A stretch of DNA of 64,000 bases from a virus (Duplodnaviria; Caudoviricetes): the IMG/VR virus record IMGVR_UViG_3300011008_000034, positions 96,001-160,000 of that record, one strand, 5' to 3'. The notes under the pieces are model-generated. The model searched no databases. It was given only the letters and a program-made list of their open reading frames with translations, and was not told where the DNA came from. Positions 50,703 through 62,300 of the stretch are shown one piece after another (within the stretch, counting starts at the first letter, position 1; each line of letters starts with the position of its first letter). A program made the translations under genes and the position numbers.

Positions 50703-51308
50703 TTAAAAATTTGTTGGACCACTTAATCCTCCACCAATTGTATATGATTTTCCGGAAACTTTTCCAATTATTGGACTACTTCCAATATCTGTATTTAATT
50801 TTCCCGCTGATATTCCATTAACAGTTTGTTGCCCAGATATTGTTGAAGTAGCTGTTGAAATATTTGTTGAATTTGTCGAATTTTTTGCTTTTTCAGTAGC
50901 TGCATTTTTTGCTTCATTTAATTTATCCATGGCTCCAGCTTTTGCCGAATCAGTACTGGGAATACCAGATTTTGCATCACCAATTGATTTTGCTTTTGAT
51001 ACCATTTTTGTAATGTTTTCAGCTATTTTTAAAATCTTTTGAGCACCTCTTAATTTTCCAGCTAAATCAGGTAACAATGCATCAGGAGTAGCCATAGCTA
51101 ATACTCCTGCAGCGTCACCTAATTTTCCCATTAATCCACCTAAATTAAAAACATTAGATAAATTGCTCATGTTTTTTAAATTATCAGCCATAGATTTCAT
51201 TTCATCTAATTTTCCTGTAACTGATGATGCTGCATTTTTTGCAGAAGTCGTTGCTCCGGAAACTGCATTTGAAGCTTGAGCTTTTGCTCCTGAAATTGGA
51301 TTAGCCAT
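50703..51308 (-). CDS. Ala/Ser/Gly-rich virion protein
   Basis: Low-complexity ORF in the tail operon. Confidence 0.6.
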   Translation of the reverse strand: MANPISGAKAQASNAVSGATTSAKNAASSVTGKLDEMKSMADNLKNMSNLSNVFNLGGLMGKLGDAAGVLAMATPDALLPDLAGKLRGAQKILKIAENITKMVSKAKSIGDAKSGIPSTDSAKAGAMDKLNEAKNAATEKAKNSTNSTNISTATSTISGQQTVNGISAGKLNTDIGSSPIIGKVSGKSYTIGGGLSGPTNF

Positions 51309-51364
51309 TTATTTTTTCACCTCTTCAATTGATTATGACGAAGTTTTGTTAAAATTTCTGAATC

Positions 51365-53386
51365 TTATACATTTTTTTCTATTCTTTTTCGTTCAGCATT
51401 AACATCATCTTTGTTTTGAATGTTATTATTATTTCGTTGTATTTCCTTTTTATTTCCTTCACTTGAAATTCCAGTAATTGTTCCTTTGCTATTATTTATG
51501 CATCTATAATTATTATCAAATTCTTGTTCTGTAATTACATCCTTGATTTCACCGTCACGACCCGTTATGGTTTCCGTTTTTGTTCTTTTTATTTCTGGTT
51601 CTTGAGCTTGTGATTGACGACCTTCCGTTGTTTTTGAATCTGTTGTTTCTCCTTTTGAAGGGACTTTATATTCACCTAATACTAAGTTTTTAGGGATAAT
51701 TATTGCCGCATCAATATAATTAGTCAAAACAATATTAATTTGTTCTTCTATTTGCGCAAGAGAATTTCCAAATTTTCCTTCATTTAATGCTATAATAGCA
51801 TATTTTAATTCATCAAATTGTTGTTGTATATTACTTTGTTCTAATACATCTTTAAATGCTTCTATGGTTTCATATGTTTTTAAATCTAGGTCTGATTTCC
51901 ATTTTATTTGTGTTCCAGCTTTATCTGATGTCATTGTTACGTTTGTAGCAGATGATTTTACGCCTGCGCTATTTGCTAAATTATCTGCTATATTTTTTAC
52001 ATATGTTCCGTAATCTCTTCCATCTTGTTTATTTATTTCACCATTATTTATTTCACCATTAATATTTGTAACGCCTTTATATACAAATTTTGTTCTATCA
52101 AAATCATAAATAAAGATTTCAAAATCACCAATTTTTTGTGGCGTTTCTTGAATTTGGCCATTAGGTAAACGTGTTTGTTGGACTTTATAAAATTCTCCCG
52201 TACTTTTTCCAGTTCTACGATTCCATTTTAAATTATATGTTTCTGAATCCCAAGGCTCATTAGCATTATTTGCTTCTTTTAATGCTAATGTTGTCCATTT
52301 ATCTGCTCGTTTTTCTTCATCGGATTTTTCTTGAGCAGCTTTCATTGCTGGTTGTGAAATATCTATTCCATATTCTTTTATAGCAATAGATTTTACAGTG
52401 TCTCCAGCAAGTACAGTGTATTCTTTAAAATTATTAGTATCTCGATATTTTTTTGATTCAGATACAATATCAGCCAATTGCGGACAATACCCAGTATTAA
52501 CATCATAATATGTTTTGTATAATAATAACATCTGATCAATTGCTGAGGGTTCGCCCATCATACGTCCAAATGTCAATGATAATGTCATTGTTGATTCTTT
52601 GTTTGTATTAATATTTCTTCTTATTGCAGATACATAATAAATACTTTGCGCGTCTGTTTTTTGTGCTGCGTAACTTGCTCGTAATCCTTTATACGATGAA
52701 CTAGTTCTTATTCCTCCAATAGTACCATTTAAATCACTACCAGATATTTCTTTTGAATCACTAACTGCTTCGGCTGCTTTTTCTTCAGTTCCGTTATTTG
52801 CTGAAACGTTGTCTTTTGTTTTTTCAGCACTTTGCACTTGTGCTTTATCTCCCATTACTTCTGGAGAACTATCTTTTTTATTACTTTGTTCTTCTGTTTT
52901 TACAGTTAATTTTGGAAGTTCTATATTTACCACATCTTTTCCCATTGATGAAAATGCTGAGACTATTCCTCCATTTACTGCATTTTGAGCATTTTGTAAT
53001 GATTGATAATTATGTTGATTTGACATATTTCCCCATGCAGAAGGAGCACTAGACCCATTTTCTTGAGAAGCTAATGGCTTATGAGGATGTTCATCATATG
53101 CAAAAAATCTTACAGGATTTCCAATTTTTATAGCACTATCATCTATCATACTTAATGTACCTGAATAACGTTCAGCTACAGATTTTGCACACATCATATA
53201 TCCTAATACATGCGCATTTTCTTTATTTCCCATATGAGGAATATTAAAAGTTCGTGGAGACGGACGACATCCAAAACGAATCATAGAATTAATATCAGGA
53301 AATACTCGACGAATTTTTCCCAATGGACCTGCTTGTTCATAAGGAGAATGATCTCCAATAATTTCGACTTCATACATATTGTAAAA
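51365..53386 (-). CDS. Baseplate hub/tail protein, exon 2 (LysM-like)
   Basis: In frame with exon 1 after intron removal (SDEN|FYNMYEV); YTVLAGDTVKSIA..YG LysM-like motif. Confidence 0.8.
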   Translation of the reverse strand, partial: FYNMYEVEIIGDHSPYEQAGPLGKIRRVFPDINSMIRFGCRPSPRTFNIPHMGNKENAHVLGYMMCAKSVAERYSGTLSMIDDSAIKIGNPVRFFAYDEHPHKPLASQENGSSAPSAWGNMSNQHNYQSLQNAQNAVNGGIVSAFSSMGKDVVNIELPKLTVKTEEQSNKKDSSPEVMGDKAQVQSAEKTKDNVSANNGTEEKAAEAVSDSKEISGSDLNGTIGGIRTSSSYKGLRASYAAQKTDAQSIYYVSAIRRNINTNKESTMTLSLTFGRMMGEPSAIDQMLLLYKTYYDVNTGYCPQLADIVSESKKYRDTNNFKEYTVLAGDTVKSIAIKEYGIDISQPAMKAAQEKSDEEKRADKWTTLALKEANNANEPWDSETYNLKWNRRTGKSTGEFYKVQQTRLPNGQIQETPQKIGDFEIFIYDFDRTKFVYKGVTNINGEINNGEINKQDGRDYGTYVKNIADNLANSAGVKSSATNVTMTSDKAGTQIKWKSDLDLKTYETIEAFKDVLEQSNIQQQFDELKYAIIALNEGKFGNSLAQIEEQINIVLTNYIDAAIIIPKNLVLGEYKVPSKGETTDSKTTEGRQSQAQEPEIKRTKTETITGRDGEIKDVITEQEFDNNYRCINNSKGTITGISSEGNKKEIQRNNNNIQNKDDVNAERKRIEKNV

Positions 53387-53514
53387 CTGTTATATTTAAC
53401 TAAAAGTTAAATTTGCTATTTCATCGAACCCCATTTTGTCGAAACTAATTTGGTTTGTATAGTTCTCAATAGCTTAAAGTTGTAACAACAACTCTAAAGT
53501 TAATACTTTTCTTA
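53387..53514 (-). ncRNA. Putative omegaRNA scaffold (5' boundary uncertain)
   Basis: Structured region between the tnpB stop and the intron end: GCUAUU...AAUAGC long stem, GAAC/GUUC inner stem and a terminal AUUUAACU-UUU-AGUUAAAU hairpin. Confidence 0.65.
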
Positions 53515-54669
53515 TTAAGTATTATACTTTTCTAAATTTTTAGCTGCATTTAAATCTCGATCTATTATTAATTTACAAATTGGACATTTATATATTCTAA
53601 CATTTAATTTTAAATTCTTTTTTATATGTCCACAGTTTGAACATGTTTTTGAGCTAGGATAAAATCTATCAGCTAATACAAATTCAATTCCTTCAAATTT
53701 ACATTTGTATTTTATTTGTCGCTTAAATTCATAAAATTTTTGTTCAGATATACTTTTTGCAAGATATTTATTTTTCATCATTCCTCTAACATTTAAATCT
53801 TCCATCACAATTCGTTTTGGATGTTGATTAATTAAAAACCTTGTTATTTGATGAATATAATTATTACGTATGTTAGTTTGTTTTGCACATAATCTTTGAT
53901 ATTTTTGAACTTCTTTAAAATATCTATTTGAACAACGTATTTTATTTTTTTTATTTATACGATATTTTCTAGCCAAATTTCTTTGAACATGTTTTATTTG
54001 TGATTCTAATTTTTTCATTTTTTTAGATCGATTAATATTATTAAATGCGAATTGTTTATTTCCAAAAGAAACAACAGCTAATTTTTTTACTCCAAGGTCA
54101 ATACCCATACTATCGTTATTTGCATTATTATTATTATTTACTTGGTTATCGTATTTTAATGCAAATGATAAAATCCATTTTCCATTTTTTAATGATATTC
54201 TAGGATTAATTGCGTGTAATTTAAATCTTCCCAATGGAAAATTAAATTTTGTTTTACATTTTACTTTTCCGCATTTTTCAATATTTACTAAATTTTTTGT
54301 TCGAAAATAAACATTCGTTTGACATGTAGGAAAAGATAACTTTGTTTTATGCTTACTTTTAAATTTAGGATATCCTTGATTTCCATTGAAAAAATTTTGA
54401 AATGCAAAATGCATATCGGTACATATTATTTGTAATGATGCATTGGCTATTTCTTGAAGCCAATCATGTTGACCATCATATTTTAAATTTTTTGTTATTT
54501 CCATCATGTCAAATCTTGATATATGTTTATTGTTTAATTTATATTCATTATTTTGACATTCAAGTAAATAATTATATATATACCTGCAACATCCTATATG
54601 TTTTAAAAATAATTCTTCTTGTTCTTTTGTTGGATATAACCTTATTTTATAACCTTTTATTATTGTCAC
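53515..54669 (-). CDS. tnpB: TnpB RNA-guided nuclease (intron-encoded)
   Basis: KGYKIRLYPTKEQ N-terminus, GIDLG, VMEDL, CSNC/CPIC and DRDLNAAKNL; GTG start after AGGAGG. Confidence 0.95.
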   Translation of the reverse strand: MTIIKGYKIRLYPTKEQEELFLKHIGCCRYIYNYLLECQNNEYKLNNKHISRFDMMEITKNLKYDGQHDWLQEIANASLQIICTDMHFAFQNFFNGNQGYPKFKSKHKTKLSFPTCQTNVYFRTKNLVNIEKCGKVKCKTKFNFPLGRFKLHAINPRISLKNGKWILSFALKYDNQVNNNNNANNDSMGIDLGVKKLAVVSFGNKQFAFNNINRSKKMKKLESQIKHVQRNLARKYRINKKNKIRCSNRYFKEVQKYQRLCAKQTNIRNNYIHQITRFLINQHPKRIVMEDLNVRGMMKNKYLAKSISEQKFYEFKRQIKYKCKFEGIEFVLADRFYPSSKTCSNCGHIKKNLKLNVRIYKCPICKLIIDRDLNAAKNLEKYNT

Positions 54670-54699
54670 AATTTTCACCTCCTTTATAATTAAATAAAA

Positions 54700-55105
54700 G
54701 AAATGAATAAATTTAACTACCGTTCGTTAGACGTGTTAGCTATTTTATAGCTCTCTTATTTTCATAAGAGCATAGACTATATCATTCTCACCATATCATT
54801 TCATTTTATAAAACGAAATGACTTAGGTTTTGTCCCCCACTTCCCAGTCACTTGACCAGTACGAGCATTTCAGCTACATAGTCGTTGAACCTTCCTCTTT
54901 AATAAAAGGAGGATTGGCTGCGGATTGCCCAATTCTTAATGTTTTTACCATACATGAGTAATTAATTCATCCATAATAATATCACTATTATTATTTGGTA
55001 ATTAAGACTCTAAGGGGTTTCCCGCAATTCGAGGGAATACATATAATACGTTTCCATATTATACGAACTATTTCATATTAGAAAGTCGATATCTAATATG
55101 ATTTA
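54700..55105 (-). ncRNA. Group I ribozyme core
   Basis: P at 55018-55029, Q at 54917-54926, R at 54879-54890, S at 54775-54786 and P9 at 54753-54770. Confidence 0.9.
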
Positions 55106-57595
55106 ATTTTCGTCACTTTCTTGTGTAGTAAAAGAAATAATATATTCTTGTGGAATTTCGGGAATTAATGCATCTGTTAATTCAGATAATGTACAATCAT
55201 ACCATTGACGTTTTGCACGTTCCAATTTAGCTTTTGAAATATTTTTTCCAGTATCTACATATTCATATGTTTCTTTTCCCTTTTTCTCAGCTTCTTCGGC
55301 TAATACTTTTGAAGCTGAGCTTGCATTTTCTACTGCTTTTTCATATGATGTATTAATATTTAATGCTTCGCCATTTAATTTATATAAATCATTTGGGTCA
55401 ACATCTTTAAATTTGTCAGGATTTTGTGCTATAATTTCTTTATATTTATTTCCGTCTCCCAACCATTTTTCAGCAAGACTAACTAATGTATCTCCTTGTT
55501 GTACTCTAATAGTTGTAGTATTATTTGCTAATCTATTTGCTAATCCCGCAGTATTTGCGGACCCCGATGTACCTAATCTTACGTTTTCATCTTTTGCGTT
55601 TATTCCTTGTCTTCGTGTTTGTTCATAAAAACTTTCTTGAGCAGATGCATTCATAGACTCCTTTTGAGCTTGACTCATATGAACAATTTTCTGTTTATCT
55701 GGGTCTCGAACATATAATCCATCACTACCTTTAACTTGACCTTTTTTGGGGTCTGGTACTGAATCTTTATTTGTTCCAGGTATTTTCATCATGCCATTTT
55801 TTAGCATTTCTTCATCTTTACCAATTAAATCATTTTGGATTGGAAGTTCTTCATCATGTCTAGCCCAATATCCATTAATCATGTTTTTTGTATTAATCTC
55901 TTCTGAATCCAATAATCCATCTTTTAATTGTTCATATCCCATATTATTTTTTACAAGACGATTTGCTCCAAGTGCATAATTAGGCGCTTTTAATACAATA
56001 TTTCCTTCTTCATCTGCAAAAAATTCTAATAATAAATCTTGAGCAGCGCGTTTACAAACAGATAATCTTGTTTCAGCTGAAGCGGACATAAGTTGGTCAG
56101 ATGCTGCTTGTTTGATATTAAAAGTAAAAGGTGGAAATTCAATTGGTTCTATTCTTTCTCTTAAATACCATGTTGGAATACCAGCATCTAAACATAATTG
56201 CGTTACTATTTCTACTAATCTTAATCCTGCAAAAATATTTTGCATTGTCATGCTTTTCCATGCAGCATGTAATGCACGTTCTTCTTCTTTATTAGCACTG
56301 GAAATATTTTTTTCCTTCATAATTGCTAATACTTCAAATGGATTAAAAATTTCTACAGTACCAAAATTTTTATTATCAATATTTCCCCATCTTAAGTCTA
56401 ATCCTGTATTTCCCATCGATGCACCGGCAATCATGGTAGGATTTGTAGAAACATAACTCAATTCAAGCATTTTTAATTGGTCTTGTGCTGTTATCATAAT
56501 TTGACATCCAGCATTTGCTCCTGAAGTATGTGTCTTTTTGACCGAATTAATATATCCGAAGAATATTTGATTCATTTTAAAATCATTAGTTTGTTCATCA
56601 CGTTCAAAATTTGATTTACCAAATACCCATACTTCATCCATACTTTCCCAATCACATTTTTCAGCAAACTTCCAACCAGATGTAGGACCAGGAGTATCAT
56701 CAACGTTTTTTACTTTTTCATATGCCATTGGATATTCAGTTGGAAGGTTTAACGTAACTGTTTTTCCGTTTCCGTAATCAAATGTTGCTTCAGTTGTAGT
56801 AGCTTTTTCATTATCAAATGTAGTTTTTTCAGTAATTTTTGTCGTTTTGTTAATTGCAGTAAAAGTACGATTTCCTACTTTTGTTTTAGATATATCTCCA
56901 TCTTTTGTTTCATTTGTTGCTGCAAATTTAGTTGCTCCACCTTGTTCAGTGTTACTATCAATTCTATTTTGGTCGGTTTTTGCCCCATTTCTTTGACCCA
57001 TAGAATTATTTCCATCGCGATAAATATCTGCATATCCAGGATTTTCCATTCCATTTATCATTCTATTCATAGATGGAATTCCCGTTTCAACGAATGTATC
57101 TTGTTCATAACACATTACTCTTTCTGCACCTTGAATGGTTAATGAACATGTTCCTGACGATAATATTGAAGTTGAAATAGATACATTGACAAAATTATCT
57201 ATTTTATAAGTGCGCATATAATTTCCTTTACTTGCTTTGTCTTTATCTATTTCACCAACAGACATTCTTTGATTTGCTGCATTAGCTGCATAAAATAATT
57301 TTTTTCTAATAAATACAACGTAATCTTGTTTAAAATTAACAATTTTTTTAGAACCAGCTCGTTGTTTATATTGTTCTTGTATGCCCTCTAAATGTTGAGG
57401 TTGGTCATACATTTTATATTTAGAACCTTGTAAAATATCATCACTAGCACTTAATTCAATGGTGCCAGCATCAACATTATAGCCTACTCGTTGATCGCTT
57501 TCAGGAGTAGAATAAGGGTCTTTTCCAGATTTTCCATCATTTTGATTTGTACTTTGTATAGCATTTGTTTCTTTAGTCTTATCGTTTTCTGACAT
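55106..57595 (-). CDS. Baseplate hub/tail protein, exon 1 (LysM)
   Basis: IFFGYI..V, LEFFADEEGNIVLKAP.Y hub-like motifs and VQQGDTL..LA.K.LGDG.KY.EI...N LysM; the apparent stop is the first codon of the intron. Confidence 0.8.
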
Positions 57596-57616
57596 ATCAT
57601 CACGCCTTTATATTAA

Positions 57617-59323
57617 TTAAAAAGAAATATCTCCAAGATAATTTTTTTTGCGAGGATCGTCATATGGTTGCCTTCCCCAATTCAATTGACTATTAGCTGG
57701 ATTTCCAAAAAGATTTACATTTGCTCCACCGCTATATGTTGTACCAGAATTAACCATTCCAGTAAATCCATTTGTTAATGTGTCTATATTTTTTCCTCCA
57801 GACCATGATGTTCCTGCTTTTGTATTAGTAGAACCAGAAAATAATCCGCCTACAGCTCCACCTAATAATCCAATTCCTACACCTGTCAAAACTCCACCTA
57901 GGCCTCCTCCAAATAATCCACCGCCACCGCTATTTCCATATACAAATCCTTGTTGATTTCTTTGTACAATTACTTGACGACATACGGTGAATTTCATATC
58001 ATAAGAAATTGATTTTGTAGTAGCTTGACGAGTCCAGTTAAAAGAATCAAAATGTCCAATAAATACTCGATCATCAAAATAAATAAAGATTTGCCGTGGA
58101 CGATAGAGGTCCGTATAATGATCTTCCATATCACTCCAATTACTAGCTACACGCTGATGGTCAATAAGATTGTTTTTATTTACTGCTTGAACGCTATTAA
58201 CAATTAAATTTAAATTACTGGCACTTAAATGACCTAATACATAAAAATTACCCTGTGTAGATTTTCTTTGATATGTAGATAAATTACTTAATGGCGTGTT
58301 TGAATTATTTCCAGATAATAGATCTGATATTGCTCCAATAGCATTATCCAAGTTAAATCCTAATTGTTGCGTATAAGGATCGCCACCTCCGCCTAATCCT
58401 CCTAATACAATTTCTGCTGCGAGATTTCCAATAGTATTTTTATCAAATCCTTGCATTAAAGTCCCCAATGCATTTTTAGTATTATCCATATTTGTTTTAA
58501 AAGATTTTCCAGTATCTACTCCAAGATTTCCAAAACTACTACTTATAGCTCCTTGAGCAAAAGTTCCTAACATTGATGATGTAATACCACCAATTAAATT
58601 ATTATTTGCTGCATTATTTGAATTACCACCAAAACAATCTCCACCTTTTAGTGATATGCCTAAACTTTTGTTGTCAAAACCAAATTTATCTTTCATGGTT
58701 CCCACAACTTTATCGTTTAAATATTTTGTAACAGATTCGCCAAATCCGCCTAAACCAATTCCACCTAACAATCCTCCAAATAATCCACTATTATCATTAC
58801 TATTACTTTGAGACATATTTCCAATATTATTAGTATGTACTGTTTGTTGAGTAATTCCTTGATATTTTAATAATGCGCCGGAGTAATGATATACTTCTTC
58901 TAAAGCTTCTATTCCTTTCATATTAGATAAACCAGTTTCTCCGGTTATTGTCATATTCCAGATGTCATCACCATAATGATGGAAATAAATTCCACCACGA
59001 GTAACAACTTTTGCTTTTAATTTTTGAGTATTTATAGATATTTTATTCGGGTTGATATACAATACTACTTCCTTTTTTTCTTTTGGTGTTAAGTAATATT
59101 CTATTGACATAGGAATGCGTTCCTTTAATGTCATATATCTATCAGAAGCTTCTTGTGCAGCACCATAATTACTTATTAAATAATTATTATAACGCTGAAC
59201 ATTTTGTAAGTACTGGTTTGTTGCAGCTACGTCTTTTAATGTTCCTACGATTGTTCCAGGGATATTAATTGACTCTGAATATCCTCCCACAACGCCAGTA
59301 TTTCCTGTCATATTATAATTCAA
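57617..59323 (-). CDS. Gly-rich tail/baseplate-associated protein
   Basis: LYINP..I......K...TRGG....H.GD......I.GETG and F.GHF.SF...Y...F.V motifs; lies next to the tape measure gene. Confidence 0.6.
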   Translation of the reverse strand: MNYNMTGNTGVVGGYSESINIPGTIVGTLKDVAATNQYLQNVQRYNNYLISNYGAAQEASDRYMTLKERIPMSIEYYLTPKEKKEVVLYINPNKISINTQKLKAKVVTRGGIYFHHYGDDIWNMTITGETGLSNMKGIEALEEVYHYSGALLKYQGITQQTVHTNNIGNMSQSNSNDNSGLFGGLLGGIGLGGFGESVTKYLNDKVVGTMKDKFGFDNKSLGISLKGGDCFGGNSNNAANNNLIGGITSSMLGTFAQGAISSSFGNLGVDTGKSFKTNMDNTKNALGTLMQGFDKNTIGNLAAEIVLGGLGGGGDPYTQQLGFNLDNAIGAISDLLSGNNSNTPLSNLSTYQRKSTQGNFYVLGHLSASNLNLIVNSVQAVNKNNLIDHQRVASNWSDMEDHYTDLYRPRQIFIYFDDRVFIGHFDSFNWTRQATTKSISYDMKFTVCRQVIVQRNQQGFVYGNSGGGGLFGGGLGGVLTGVGIGLLGGAVGGLFSGSTNTKAGTSWSGGKNIDTLTNGFTGMVNSGTTYSGGANVNLFGNPANSQLNWGRQPYDDPRKKNYLGDISF

Positions 59324-62300
59324 GCTTTTGCACCTCCTAATTCTACTCCAGTATCTTCAATCATTGAAATATCTTTCGTCCATTTATGGGTTTTTAATGT
59401 AGAATATATTTCTTGTAACATATCATCGGAAGACATTTTTTCTTTCATAAATCCTTTTATGATAATTAATGCTATATTCTTTTTATCAGCTTCTGCCTTC
59501 TGTTTTTGAATTTCTTTTAATTCTTCTTGTTCTTTTGAAAGAAGTTGTTGATGTTCTAATATATCTTCACTTAATTTTATTGCCGATTGTTCTTCAGCTA
59601 TTTGTTGATAATATGTGTTAACATTATAATTTATTTTTGAAGCCTTTGCTTTTCGTTCTTCCAAACTTTCCGGTTTTTGATTTTTATCTACAAATACTCC
59701 ATCAATTAATCGTCCAGTATAAGAACTAAATGCTAATTTTTTCATTAATGCATTTGCATCAGCCATTTCTTGTTGAAATGTTTTTGGAGGCTTTGGCGTA
59801 TAACCTCCTCCTATTAAAGGAATTCCAGCAGCTACGCCTGTTATGCCATGTTTTTGAAGTGTTTGTACTATATTTACCATACTTTTTCGATAACTTTCTT
59901 CTGTAGTAGTAAAATATCCAGCTTCTTTCATAACATGTACATATTCAGCTACATCATTTTTTGCTGCGGCCGCTAATAATCGACTTTTATATTGCGGATC
60001 ATTAATTGCTATTACTTTTCTTACCCAATAATCTGCATATTGTTCATCACTAGCAAAAATTGTATGGTCTTTACTTCTTTTTCCCCATAATCCATATCCA
60101 ATATCTCCAGCTTTTAATCCACCATAATTATGATATGCTCCTCCAGCTTCATCATCTGTCCAACCAGATTCTTTTATCATTTGAGCTAATATATACTCTA
60201 CTGGAATTCCAGTCCTTTGAGAAATGATTTGAGCAGTACGCAATTTTCCTAATCCTACACCTAATTTTGCTGCAGCCGTTTCAAATCCACTATTACTTTG
60301 TGTGGGAGTAGTTGGAGTTGAAGGCGGTGGGCCACCACTTCCTCCACGAGGTTTTGTTGTAGGTTTAAAATTAGCACGACTATCATAACCAGAAGCATTG
60401 GCGTCTACATGAGCATTTCTAGAACCGGCATCTTCAATTCCAGCTGCGTAACCATGTTCTCTTAACCATTTAGCTACCCATTCCATATCATTTGCGACAA
60501 TATCTACTTTCCAACCGGAATGATGAGAATATTCGCCAGGTTGATGTACAGGACGACCATCGCTACCTATTTTTTCAGCTGCACCAGTAAGTGTAATTTT
60601 TTCCCCACCATGAGATTGCATATATGCTAAAGCTACAGCATTTGTCATTTCTATTGCTTCAGGACGTAATTTTTCATGGTCTGTATATTTAGGGTCCCAA
60701 TTCCAATTATGTTCCATAATATTTCTGTCTAATTGGGTTTTACTTACATCAAAATGATTTTGTGAATCTAATTGGGATTTTGCCCATGACTGAAATGCTG
60801 AAAATGTTTCTGGCGAATCTTTGGCATTTTTTGCGAGTCTTGCCATGGTTTCAGTAGCTGCATCTGCGTTAAAATCTTCAAAAGCATATTCAAAAATTAA
60901 ATCATCAGAAACTTCTGTATCATCACTGTCGGCATATGAACTGGTACTTGACATTGCTTTTGCGCGTTGCTCATATATTTGCCATTTTCCAGTTTGCATT
61001 AAATAATCTTTATAATTATTTCTTACTCTTTTTCCTAATTCACTTAAATTTTTTTGTCCTTCTTCTTTTAATTGATATGCTTCATTTTCCCAATATTCTT
61101 TATCGTCACTACCCGCATTAGGATGATAATAATAATTTGCAATATGTGTATAAACTTGTTTATATTGAGGATTATCTTCTTGTTCTGACATATATTCAAA
61201 GAACTTTCCTAATTGGGTATTGTCATTCATCATTTCTTCTATTTTCGGATTATTTTGATTGTTTATTCCTAATCCTTGAGTATTATTTAATACAATTTGA
61301 TTCATTAACTGTGCTAATGTCATATGTTCTTTAGAAAATCTATCTAACATTTCAGACATAATTTTATTTTGAATGTCAGTCATATTTTCTACATCTATGC
61401 CATTTTCTTTTAAAAATTGTCTTAAATCTTGACCTAATTTGGTTTCAGATTTAATCAATTCTTCTATATTTTTTCCAAACATATCTGAGTTCTCAGTTAA
61501 TGAATATGCCCATTGTCTTGTTCCTTCGCTTAATTTTTCTCCCATTCCTAATTTTTCTAATACCCAGTCTGCAGTTTTTGACCCAGCATAGGAACCAACC
61601 ATCATGCCTGCAAATGAACCAACACCTGCTGCTGGAGCAGTTAAAACACCACCAGCAATACCACCAACAACAGCTCCTGTGGTTTCGAGTCCACCTCTAA
61701 TAAGTACACGCATTAAACGTTCTTCATCTGAACGAATATTACCCATTTCATAGTCAGCATATTCTGATATTCCAGCTGTTGCAAAAGAAAATGCTCCTAT
61801 GAATTTTGTTCCACCTTTTACTTCTTTTACTACATTAGATAATTTTGCAGCTTCTTGTGCATTCGCATTATATACAGAACGAAATTCTTGAAATGTTTTT
61901 ATTTTTGTGTCTACATTATATTTAAATTGTGTTTTTAATCCTTGTTTTTTATTTGCAATGTTACTGGTAATTCTATGAGTAAATCTTCCAATTCTACTCA
62001 TTTTAGGAGGTTTAGGTGGTTTTGGAGGACGTGTAAGTTTTGCATTATGTCTTCTTATTGCTTTTGCATTTATTTTTTGTTGTGCAATATTTAGTTTCGC
62101 TTGTTTATAAGCTTGATACATTGGATTTAAAAGTTTATATGTTAATATTCCTCCGAATAGAAGATTTCCTGCAAATGATTGAACATCTTCTATTTCTTCA
62201 TTATCTTGTTCATACTCAATTAATTGTTCTCCAGGCGCCATTAATTTTATATGAGCATTTCCTGATTCAGACATTTTTATAACATCCTGAGAAGATTTCC

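Larger units (their letters stand above)
53387..55105 (-). mobile_element. Group I intron carrying tnpB and omegaRNA (IStron-like, no tnpA)
   Basis: P AAUUGCGGGAAA, Q AAUCCGCAGC, R GUUCAACGACUA, S AAUGAUAUAGUC and a P9 GAAA hairpin. The 5' exon ends in U, the intron ends in G, and splicing restores the frame. Confidence 0.9.

Noticed and set aside
51365-57595. Two separate genes, or a tail gene destroyed by an IS insertion
   Set aside because: The insertion has a full group I core and its precise removal restores one reading frame; exon 2 has no RBS of its own.
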